Below are positions 9,305 to 17,035 of a stretch of DNA of 64,000 bases, one piece after another. The position numbers were made by a program, and so were the translations under genes. A model generated the notes under the pieces. It was not told the DNA's origin and searched no databases. It worked only from the letters and a program-made list of their open reading frames with translations. Every line of letters begins with the position of its first letter. Position 1 is the stretch's first letter. The stretch lies in IMG/VR virus record IMGVR_UViG_3300008448_000032, positions 22,903 through 86,902 of that record; one strand, given 5' to 3'. Origin of the DNA: a virus.

Positions 9305-9308
9305 AGAA

Positions 9309-9704
9309 ATGTCTCGTATAATAAAAATCGGCCATATAGAAGCATTAATAGATTATCCGGAAGATGTCGTAAATACTCATTGGGATCTAGCAGAAGAAAA
9401 GATAAAGAATAATTACGGAAAAGGATGGAGACTTCCTACAGTGGAAGAACTCCTTTATATAAAAGATTTATCCCTGGAGTTCGGTATTTTTTCAGATTTC
9501 AATGTCGACGATGATTATTGGACATCTAAATCCGGAGAGCCTGGTTATATTCCAGATCGTAATGAGTTCGGCGAAGATTTTAGATGGTTCTATCAGGTGA
9601 GAATGCCCAATAATAAAGATCTCCAGGGTTTCGAGGATTCCCAGAAAGAATTTCTTTGTCACGTAGATTATTACGGAAATATTTTACCGGTAAGAGATAT
9701 ATAA
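9309..9704 (+). CDS. DUF1566/Lcl-like (C-type-lectin-fold) small protein, paralog 1
   Basis: GWRLPTVEEL, YWTS, C-terminal PVR. Confidence 0.65.
   Translation: MSRIIKIGHIEALIDYPEDVVNTHWDLAEEKIKNNYGKGWRLPTVEELLYIKDLSLEFGIFSDFNVDDDYWTSKSGEPGYIPDRNEFGEDFRWFYQVRMPNNKDLQGFEDSQKEFLCHVDYYGNILPVRDI
9696..9703 (+). promoter_or_regulatory. Putative late promoter box GATATATA overlapping a stop codon
   Basis: aga GAT ATA TAa encodes R-D-I-stop and lies upstream of ATG 9715. Confidence 0.65.
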
Positions 9705-9714
9705 AATAAAAACT

Positions 9715-10506
9715 ATGAAAACTATTAAAAATTTTAACGAATTTGTATCCGAATCTATTTTAGATTCACCTATTTTCCAAAAAATTGGATCACTTGTTAA
9801 ATCCACCCTGAATAGATCGGTAAATACTACTGAATATGAAAATGAGGTGGAAAAAGGAGATGCTGCAGAACCCGGAGGAGTTATGGGAGAATCCCCTATA
9901 GGAAGAGGAACTTCATTAGAATCCGATATGAAATTTACCAAAGAAGAGATGGAAACCTTTGGAGAAAAAATAGGAATAACCGATAAAGGAGACAAGGCAA
10001 AATTGGAACAGCCCTCCACCGGTCCTATAGGAAATATATCAAATTCTGCGTATGCTAACCTAAATGTTTCTACAAGAGGAATCCCGGGTACGGATGGTGG
10101 AAATCTTGGATGTGCTGCTGCGACTTCTATAATGTTCTATCGGGCAACTGGATATTCCTTAGCCGGGGGAACGACGGTTTGTATAGGAACTCTTACCATA
10201 TATGACGAATTGGATAAGAAAAGTAAAGAACCTTTATCTCCTTGGAAAAAGGTAACAGATTGGAAAAATGATTACATGCCTGGTGATATTATCGTTACTA
10301 GAAGAAGATCCAGACCTGGACATATCGGGGTAGTGGTTAATGATGGAAATATAATTTCAAATTCTTCATCTGGATTTAAAGGAGATAAAATGGGACAAAT
10401 AGAAGAAAATTACACTATAAAATCCTGGGATAGCGTAGCTAGAAGAAATCCTACGGAAACCGCAATATTTAGATACCAAGGTCCTTACAAGAACAGCTGG
10501 TCTTAA
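9715..10506 (+). CDS. NlpC/P60-CHAP superfamily peptidoglycan hydrolase with capsid-targeting-like leader
   Basis: LGCAAATS (Cys), PGDIIV, GHIGVV (His), ISNSS; N-terminus MKTIKNFNEFVSE. Confidence 0.7.
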   Translation: MKTIKNFNEFVSESILDSPIFQKIGSLVKSTLNRSVNTTEYENEVEKGDAAEPGGVMGESPIGRGTSLESDMKFTKEEMETFGEKIGITDKGDKAKLEQPSTGPIGNISNSAYANLNVSTRGIPGTDGGNLGCAAATSIMFYRATGYSLAGGTTVCIGTLTIYDELDKKSKEPLSPWKKVTDWKNDYMPGDIIVTRRRSRPGHIGVVVNDGNIISNSSSGFKGDKMGQIEENYTIKSWDSVARRNPTETAIFRYQGPYKNSWS

Positions 10507-10883
10507 TGAAAAGATTTATAGCAGGAAGAGTAGAAGTTTGTCTCGGATATGATTTTGAAGAGATGGATAAATCTGATGCTATAGAAAAATGCAAACAATT
10601 AGGCCCCGAATGGAGATTGCCAAATGAGAATGAAATCAGGTACATTTGCCAAAATTTATCTTACGGAGGGAATTCTGATTTTTGGACTTCTAGTGGAACC
10701 TTGGGAGGAATAGTTAATCGAAGAGGAAAATTCCTTAATGAACCCTCATATTGGATGGGAGAGCCCGAAGGAAGGAGTAGGTCATATATATATGATTGTC
10801 AATTTACAGGAAATAGATGTTTTCAAGTATTCGATAGATCTAGAAAGACGAATTCTGTATTTATGGGCGTTAGAGAGATATGA
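10506..10883 (+). CDS. DUF1566/Lcl-like small protein, paralog 2
   Basis: DAIEKCKQLGPEWRLPNENEI, FWTS/YWM, C-terminal GVR. Confidence 0.65.
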   Translation: MKRFIAGRVEVCLGYDFEEMDKSDAIEKCKQLGPEWRLPNENEIRYICQNLSYGGNSDFWTSSGTLGGIVNRRGKFLNEPSYWMGEPEGRSRSYIYDCQFTGNRCFQVFDRSRKTNSVFMGVREI

Positions 10884-11203
10884 AAATGATAGATCTAGGA
10901 CATACAATAATGGAGATTTCTGAAGATTCTAAAGATGGAAAATGGAAGGATTTCAATGAGTTATCAGAGAAAGAGGGATTTAGATTTCCTACTTTAAATG
11001 AGCTAAGGTATTTATATTCACTAAAAAAAGATCTCGGAATAGGAGATTTTGCTGATAGATGGTTTTGGTCTTCTGAAGTTATGGAAAGAAACATATATTC
11101 TCCTGGATCTAAATATTATTTTAAAGATTTTAGGGATGGAATAGAAGATTGGGAATACGCATATATGAGATCTGCTTGTCTTATAAGAGTTTACGATAAA
11201 TAG
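10880..11203 (+). CDS. DUF1566/Lcl-like small protein, paralog 3
   Basis: GFRFPTLNEL, WFWSSE, C-terminal LIRV. Confidence 0.6.
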   Translation: MKMIDLGHTIMEISEDSKDGKWKDFNELSEKEGFRFPTLNELRYLYSLKKDLGIGDFADRWFWSSEVMERNIYSPGSKYYFKDFRDGIEDWEYAYMRSACLIRVYDK

Positions 11204-11213
11204 TCAAACAAAA

Positions 11214-11240
11214 AAACCAGAATCTTTTGGATCCTGGTTT
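11214..11240 (-). terminator. Rho-independent terminator (mainly for the minus-strand methyltransferase)
   Basis: Minus strand aaaccaggatcc-aaaa-gattctggttt followed by a T run; lies between convergent genes. Confidence 0.7.
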
Positions 11241-11261
11241 ATCTTAAATCTATTTTATTTA

Positions 11262-12269
11262 TTATTTTAATTTTTTTCTTAAAATAACTCCCGCTTGGTA
11301 GGAAGGAACTGGAACACCCGGATACATTTTAGGGTAAGTTCTCATAAATAGAGTTTCTGGAATGTGTCTGTGCATATAAAGACCATAGTACTCCATATCC
11401 GGATTATTCTTAAGAACCTCATCCATAATCATAGAAGATAGTAAATAAGGTTTTTTATTCTGAATCATATCTTTGATTAGAGTAACAAAGTATCCACCTG
11501 GCTTTAAAAATTCAATACCTTGTGTGTACATACCATTAACAAGATCCCAATATTCGCTTCCTTTAGTTAGACCGATATTATTTGGATGCTCATAATCGAA
11601 AGTTTTATCATTTAAAGTTCCATCTGCATTTTTAGCCATTCCCCTTTGTGGAGCATCTGAAGATTTCCCACTTAATTTAGGATATGGAGTACCGTTAACG
11701 ATTAGGGATAATTGACCTCTCTCGATACCCGAGCTTTCTAAATTCTGAGTTGTATTTCTAGCATCTCCTTGAACCAACTTAGCAACAACATCATTTCTTT
11801 CTACCTGAGCTGCAATGTTGTTATAAGCAATCTGGGGATACTCTAGCTCAACTCCGATCGAATTCCTACCGTTATTATATGCTTCAACCAAAGTCGTTCC
11901 TGTTCCACATGTAGGATCAAATACCCAATCTCCTGGTTGAGTTAGATTCTGTATTGCCCATCTATACCCTTGCCAGTGTCCTGGACATAGGTGCTTATCC
12001 TCTTGCTTAGGATAATACTTATATCTTGCAGACTGAGAATAGTATTTGTCTCTTTGGGTATCGTAGATTTCACCTAAGAAATTTTGGGTATAATCCGTAG
12101 TGTGATAATCAGAAGGCAATTCCATTCTTACCAAAAGTTCTTCTGTAGGAGTAATATCGTTTCTGTAAACGCTTTTATCCTTAGGATCTTTTTTGATTTT
12201 TTCTACTGGAGCTGGAGCTTCTTTAGGTTTAGTTTTGTCCTCGAAAGGAACTTGTTTCATTTCAATCAT
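11262..12269 (-). CDS. SAM-dependent methyltransferase, N4/N6 DNA-methylase-like
   Basis: Motif I VFDPTCGTGTT, GRNSIGVELE, QGDAR; motif-IV-like LIVNGTPY; LKPGGYF. Confidence 0.8.
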   Translation of the reverse strand: MIEMKQVPFEDKTKPKEAPAPVEKIKKDPKDKSVYRNDITPTEELLVRMELPSDYHTTDYTQNFLGEIYDTQRDKYYSQSARYKYYPKQEDKHLCPGHWQGYRWAIQNLTQPGDWVFDPTCGTGTTLVEAYNNGRNSIGVELEYPQIAYNNIAAQVERNDVVAKLVQGDARNTTQNLESSGIERGQLSLIVNGTPYPKLSGKSSDAPQRGMAKNADGTLNDKTFDYEHPNNIGLTKGSEYWDLVNGMYTQGIEFLKPGGYFVTLIKDMIQNKKPYLLSSMIMDEVLKNNPDMEYYGLYMHRHIPETLFMRTYPKMYPGVPVPSYQAGVILRKKLK

Positions 12270-12302
12270 TTCTCAATTTTTAATTAATTATTATAATGAA
12301 TT

Positions 12303-12330
12303 TTATATCTCGATTTTATAAAATTATTTC
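12303..12330 (-). promoter_or_regulatory. Bipartite phage promoter GAAA-N19-TATAA
   Basis: Minus strand GAAA taattttataaaatcgaga TATAA upstream of the methyltransferase. Confidence 0.55.
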
Positions 12331-12332
12331 GG

Positions 12333-12340
12333 GATATATA
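12333..12340 (+). promoter_or_regulatory. Putative late promoter box GATATATA
   Basis: Exact motif upstream of GTG 12357. Confidence 0.7.
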
Positions 12341-12356
12341 AAAAAATATTATTAAA

Positions 12357-13421
12357 GTGAACAATCTTAATAGATTCTGCGAATGGGCGATCAATGAAGC
12401 CTCTTATTTTACTAAATGGGCTTCTACCCCATCGAACATAACAGCAGCTCAAAAAAGAGACATTGAATCCAAAGTAGAAGCTTCTTCTTCTGTTGATATG
12501 GAAATTCTTAAAAATTTCAATCCTTCTTATAGCTCTAGATATTGGGAGGCTTTAAAAATAAGATTGGGAGAAAATAAAATAAAATTTAAATATGGAAACA
12601 CCTCAGCAATTCCTAAGCAGTGGATATATTGGGGAGAAAAGGTAATATATTCCGACAAAAGACCACTCCTTTCTAGAAATAACTCAACTAAAGAGGAGGT
12701 TTTAGCTTATTTTCCTATCCCATTCAACGGAGTAGTTCTAGATAAATTTTGGGTTGTTGCAGTATGGAAAAACGCTTCGGGAGTAAATATGTTAAGGGAA
12801 ATGTCTTTAAAGACATACCTTACTAAAAGTACTAGGGATATAATAGATATTTATTTTAAGGGATATTCTTCCCCGGTGACCAATAAATCAAATCCCAAAG
12901 ATTATTGGACCCTTATCGCTATAATGGCCTGTGAAAATTTTCCAGAACAATCTCAGGGAATGGCAGATGTTGCTCAATCTATATACAATAGATATTATGT
13001 TAATGGAAAGCCTTACGGTAAAACCATATCTGAAATAATACTTGCTAAAGGACAATACGAACCCGTTACAAAAGGATTAAAGAAAGGAGCAGACTGGAAA
13101 AATGTAAATAGCAGATCTAAAGCTATAAGTGTTTATATGAAGACTAAAGGAAGTACATCAGATGTAGCTAATAAAGCAATAAATAATGCTATAGCTGCAC
13201 AATCCGGTAAATCTTATGTCTCCCAGGCAAAATCCCACGTGAAGACAAGAACAGAATTTTTGGCTTCTTCTCCTAAGTCTTCTTCCGCGGTTTCTCCGGT
13301 AGAAAGATCTGATCCAAAAAAACACAATTCTTTTTTCTGGAACTATGCCGGAAAAAATCAATATTATGCTAAAAAAGATTTCTCAGCAAAGCCTATCCCA
13401 TCGGAAGTTAAGATCGCTTAA
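12357..13421 (+). CDS. Cell wall hydrolase (SleB/Hydrolase_2-like C-terminal domain) with capsid-targeting-like leader
   Basis: LIAIMACE (catalytic Glu)...GMADVAQSIYNR...TISEIILAKGQYEP; N-terminus ...RFCEWAINE. Confidence 0.72.
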   Translation: MNNLNRFCEWAINEASYFTKWASTPSNITAAQKRDIESKVEASSSVDMEILKNFNPSYSSRYWEALKIRLGENKIKFKYGNTSAIPKQWIYWGEKVIYSDKRPLLSRNNSTKEEVLAYFPIPFNGVVLDKFWVVAVWKNASGVNMLREMSLKTYLTKSTRDIIDIYFKGYSSPVTNKSNPKDYWTLIAIMACENFPEQSQGMADVAQSIYNRYYVNGKPYGKTISEIILAKGQYEPVTKGLKKGADWKNVNSRSKAISVYMKTKGSTSDVANKAINNAIAAQSGKSYVSQAKSHVKTRTEFLASSPKSSSAVSPVERSDPKKHNSFFWNYAGKNQYYAKKDFSAKPIPSEVKIA

Positions 13422-13429
13422 GATATATA
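13422..13429 (+). promoter_or_regulatory. Putative late promoter box GATATATA
   Basis: Exact motif immediately after the stop at 13421. Confidence 0.7.
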
Positions 13430-13441
13430 AATAAAAAGAGG

Positions 13442-13876
13442 ATGTCAAGAATATACGATTACGGAGCTTTTTCAAATAATAAATCTAAATTTTCGGATTC
13501 GGGTAATAAATTTGGGTACGAGATGTCTTTTGTCGATATAGATATATCGGGAAAGCCTAAAGAATTTAGAGATATAATTGATGTTAAAGTTTTTATTGAA
13601 TATTCCACTAACGTCGTTTCCAATAAAAGAGGTCTAGAAAGAGTTGATTTTTCCGTAGATTGTATAGAGCTTATAATGGATATTGAAAATTCCGTCGGGA
13701 AGAACGAGGAGATAGATTTTGATCTTATCCCAGGAAAAACTATAGATTACGGCCAGGTTAAGTATACCATAAATGAATTTCCTATACCTTCTTATCCTCA
13801 AAGAATAGAAATAAATATGAACGGGTTTACAGATCCTACGAGGTTTGATGTAATGGTTTATTTTGGAAATAACTAG
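13442..13876 (+). CDS. Hypothetical protein
   Basis: 144-aa ORF downstream of a late box, in operon context. Confidence 0.6.
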   Translation: MSRIYDYGAFSNNKSKFSDSGNKFGYEMSFVDIDISGKPKEFRDIIDVKVFIEYSTNVVSNKRGLERVDFSVDCIELIMDIENSVGKNEEIDFDLIPGKTIDYGQVKYTINEFPIPSYPQRIEINMNGFTDPTRFDVMVYFGNN

Positions 13877-13878
13877 GA

Positions 13879-14847
13879 ATGAGAGAAATTCTAGAATACG
13901 AAAGTTTTAATCCTCTTCACGAATCTAAAAAATATGAGGGCCTAAGATCTGTTAAAAAAACTTGGGGTGGAGAATACATTCTAGACGTTGACGATTATCA
14001 AAAGACAAACAGCAAACCTTTAAAGGGATCTATATTAATAGGAAAGGATAGCGGAAAAGCCGTTGCTCTTACATATTTAAATCCGGATGGAAGCGAATCT
14101 AAATACCTTTGGGTTCCTTATTTCGGAGCTTATATGAATAGAAATACCGCAGGAGGGATAAGCTCTATTAAAATAACACCTTATAAAAATTGGTTATCGC
14201 AGTCAGAAAATGAAAAAAAGCTTGAAGATTTTTTAGATGGATTTCAAGAATCTATAGAAAAAGAAAAAACTGAAAGCGAGAAAACCGTAGGACTTCAGGC
14301 ACAAAAAGATTTAGACCTTATATTAGACATGTACGGAATAAATTCTCCGATAGAAAAATTTGAAAAAGGGGATAGAGAAAATGAATGGAGAGCTATTCTA
14401 GAAAATGGATTTGTCGTCATAATAAAAAAGAGATCTTCTGAGGATCTTGTAGGAGAATTTAGAATTTACCCCAAGGAAAAAGAAGAATTTCCATATATAG
14501 AGATAAGCACGGAAAAAAATGAGAAAGGGTTTAAATTTAAAAGACCCGGAGAATATATGATTCGAAGAAGAATAGATATGACCGACCTCAAAAAAGATCC
14601 CGTAGCTTTATACCTGTTTAAGAATATAACAGGTCTCCAAGAATATGAGGACGAAAAATCATTATTGAACTATTTTGAATCTCTAGTAAAATCTCAGGAT
14701 ACTTCTTACCAAATGTCGGATGATTCCAGATCTTATAAGAGTGGACAGTCCGAAAGAGAAGAAATAAATCTGGTTTCCAAATTACTAGAGGATTTCTTAA
14801 CTTCTAAAAAAATAGAAGAAATCTACACAAAGAACAAAAAAAGATAG
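13879..14847 (+). CDS. Hypothetical protein with capsid-targeting-like leader
   Basis: N-terminus MREILEYESFNPLHES; C-terminal YQMSDD motif. Confidence 0.6.
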   Translation: MREILEYESFNPLHESKKYEGLRSVKKTWGGEYILDVDDYQKTNSKPLKGSILIGKDSGKAVALTYLNPDGSESKYLWVPYFGAYMNRNTAGGISSIKITPYKNWLSQSENEKKLEDFLDGFQESIEKEKTESEKTVGLQAQKDLDLILDMYGINSPIEKFEKGDRENEWRAILENGFVVIIKKRSSEDLVGEFRIYPKEKEEFPYIEISTEKNEKGFKFKRPGEYMIRRRIDMTDLKKDPVALYLFKNITGLQEYEDEKSLLNYFESLVKSQDTSYQMSDDSRSYKSGQSEREEINLVSKLLEDFLTSKKIEEIYTKNKKR

Positions 14848-14874
14848 AAACTTTTCTCTTTTATTTTTCTATTA
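14847..14874 (+). promoter_or_regulatory. Bipartite phage promoter variant GAAA-N19-TATTA
   Basis: GAAA cttttctcttttatttttc TATTA upstream of ATG 14881. Confidence 0.45.
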
Positions 14875-14880
14875 TCCTTG

Positions 14881-15162
14881 ATGGAAATAGATAAGTCTTT
14901 TATTCTCAATAAGGGAGAAACTTTAATACTTAAAAAGAAGGGTGGTTTTATTTATATGGAATTTACCAGAAGAAATGAGAAACACCTTCACGACATCATA
15001 GAATTAGAATATAGAAATTCTAGGAGTAAGAAGAAGGACCCTTCGACTTGGATAATCGAAAAAGATTTTATCTCTAGAATTCTTTACGAGATAAATTCTT
15101 GTGGGTTTGAATTTCACGAGATCAAAAAGGTAGAAAAAATAAACAAAAAAGAATCAAAATGA
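14881..15162 (+). CDS. Hypothetical protein
   Basis: 93-aa ORF in operon context. Confidence 0.55.
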   Translation: MEIDKSFILNKGETLILKKKGGFIYMEFTRRNEKHLHDIIELEYRNSRSKKKDPSTWIIEKDFISRILYEINSCGFEFHEIKKVEKINKKESK

Positions 15163-15168
15163 TTCATA

Positions 15169-15804
15169 ATGAGAAAATTAATTTCTTTTTTTAAAACAAA
15201 AAAACAGGATTCAAAAATGGAAACTAAGGAGAAAAATTTAGAAGATTTAACGTTAAAATATCGTGGAATGGTATTTGAATGGATCAAAGGTGATTTAGCA
15301 GGATCCTCTAATTTATTTAAAGGGGTCAAACAAACCGGGGAAAATTTCTTTATAGAGTTTGTAGAAGGAGGAAGAATAAACGAGGAACTAGTTGAGGAGT
15401 ATACTCTTTTTTATCCTGCTCCCCCTACCCCACAGTCTTTACAAATACCAGGATCCCCCGAAAAATCATCAACTGTTACATCTATAGTTTATGGGGAATC
15501 CCAAAAGGCTTCTAACCCCGATTCCCCTATTTATAATCTTCTGGTTAAGCAGAAGAAAAATATGGTAGAGGTTTCTATTAAAATAGAATTAAATCTTCCT
15601 TCCAAGGAATTATATAGCGTTCTTTCTTCCTCTTTCGAAGATGCAGAAAATGAAATTATAAAATTTGTTATCGACGGGGTAGATATAGAGGATATAAAAA
15701 AATCTCTGTCGGAGTCGATAAAAAGAAATTACTATTCCCCAGGATCTTCTCTGGAAAAAAATTCCGGAAAAAAGATAAATAAGGAAAAAGATACTAATGA
15801 ATAA
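15169..15804 (+). CDS. Hypothetical protein
   Basis: 211-aa ORF overlapping the start of the NUDIX gene. Confidence 0.6.
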   Translation: MRKLISFFKTKKQDSKMETKEKNLEDLTLKYRGMVFEWIKGDLAGSSNLFKGVKQTGENFFIEFVEGGRINEELVEEYTLFYPAPPTPQSLQIPGSPEKSSTVTSIVYGESQKASNPDSPIYNLLVKQKKNMVEVSIKIELNLPSKELYSVLSSSFEDAENEIIKFVIDGVDIEDIKKSLSESIKRNYYSPGSSLEKNSGKKINKEKDTNE

Positions 15805-16381
15805 GGAAGAAAAAATATTATACTCGTCCGATAGATTTGAAGTCGTGGATGCAGGAGAAAATAAAGGGGTTAGAACTAAATGGGATTCCGTGTTAATACT
15901 TCCTTTTGTTTCTGATGATAGGGGTCTTCCTTTAAGTCTGGGGGTTTTAAATGAGAGAAATTTTTTTAGAAATGGAGGGTATGCTCTATCAGTTATATCA
16001 GGGAGTCCGGAAGACGAAGATCCCAATACTCTAGCTACCGCACAGAGAGAACTTTTAGAAGAAACCGGATATGACGTTAAAGAAGAAGAAAGATGGTATT
16101 TTTTAGGAACATTGACCGGAAGTAAATTTGTCGATTCTATACATCCTTGTTATGGAGTGGATATTTCAAATCTAAACCCAGGAGAACCTTTAACTGATGG
16201 ATCAGAGCAAGAAAAACTTTCTCAATTTGTTCTTATTCCGTCGAACCAAGTTTTGTCTATAGAAGATCCTTTTGTTCCTTCTTTATTCCTTCGGATTTTT
16301 AAATATGTTGTGGGAATGGACATATATAATAGAGAGGATTCTATATTTTCTAAGAAAAAAGAAATAAACACCGAAATTTAA
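15797..16381 (+). CDS. NUDIX hydrolase
   Basis: Nudix box GSPEDEDPNTLATAQRELLEETGY. Confidence 0.88.
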   Translation: MNKEEKILYSSDRFEVVDAGENKGVRTKWDSVLILPFVSDDRGLPLSLGVLNERNFFRNGGYALSVISGSPEDEDPNTLATAQRELLEETGYDVKEEERWYFLGTLTGSKFVDSIHPCYGVDISNLNPGEPLTDGSEQEKLSQFVLIPSNQVLSIEDPFVPSLFLRIFKYVVGMDIYNREDSIFSKKKEINTEI

Positions 16382-16385
16382 TAAA

Positions 16386-16679
16386 ATGAATCGAGCACAG
16401 AGAAGAAAAATGCTTAAAGATGCGGGCTTGTTAGGAAAGCAAGCAGAGAAAAACGGAATAAAAATAGACAAAAGAGAGCTAAATTCCCTTATTAAATCAG
16501 GAGAAGATAAAAGAAGATCGGATCTCCAAAGAATAAAAAATCAAAAGATAAGCGAGGGGAAAGTAGAAAAAAATACCTCAGAGGAATTCATACAATTTGT
16601 TACATATCCAACAGATACTTATAGTGGTCTATCCACTTTTTTAAGTAATCCGGATTGGGAAGATACCGGGAATGATTAA
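16386..16679 (+). CDS. Hypothetical protein (MNRAQRR N-terminus)
   Basis: Basic N-terminal NRxQRR motif; translationally coupled to the next gene. Confidence 0.55.
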   Translation: MNRAQRRKMLKDAGLLGKQAEKNGIKIDKRELNSLIKSGEDKRRSDLQRIKNQKISEGKVEKNTSEEFIQFVTYPTDTYSGLSTFLSNPDWEDTGND

Positions 16680-17023
16680 TGGAAGTCCTTATGCCTGAAA
16701 CTAAGAACCTGGTTTTTTATATCTCTAAATATAGTCCCAAGGAATCTAAAAAAAGAATAGAAGATATTCTAGACTTTTATATAGTTGACATATCTAAAAT
16801 AATAAAAGATCTCGGGTATGACACTAAAAATTTGACCGTACAATCAGAATTTATACTCAATTATTCAATTCATAAAAAAATCATTCATGGAATATATAAT
16901 AGTAAATGTGAGGGTATTCTCATTTGCTATAGAGGTAATTCTCCGGATTTCGTGGATAATTTAATTTCATTCATCGAAGAATTACAGGAACCAATAGAAT
17001 ACTCTTTCAATTTTATAAATTGA
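16679..17023 (+). CDS. Hypothetical protein
   Basis: 114-aa ORF with TAATG overlap. Confidence 0.55.
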   Translation: MEVLMPETKNLVFYISKYSPKESKKRIEDILDFYIVDISKIIKDLGYDTKNLTVQSEFILNYSIHKKIIHGIYNSKCEGILICYRGNSPDFVDNLISFIEELQEPIEYSFNFIN

Positions 17024-17035
17024 AATTAATTTTTT

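Noticed and set aside
9309-11203. Complete diversity-generating retroelement
   Set aside because: No reverse transcriptase or template/variable repeat pair is visible in the window; only the target-like fold is present.
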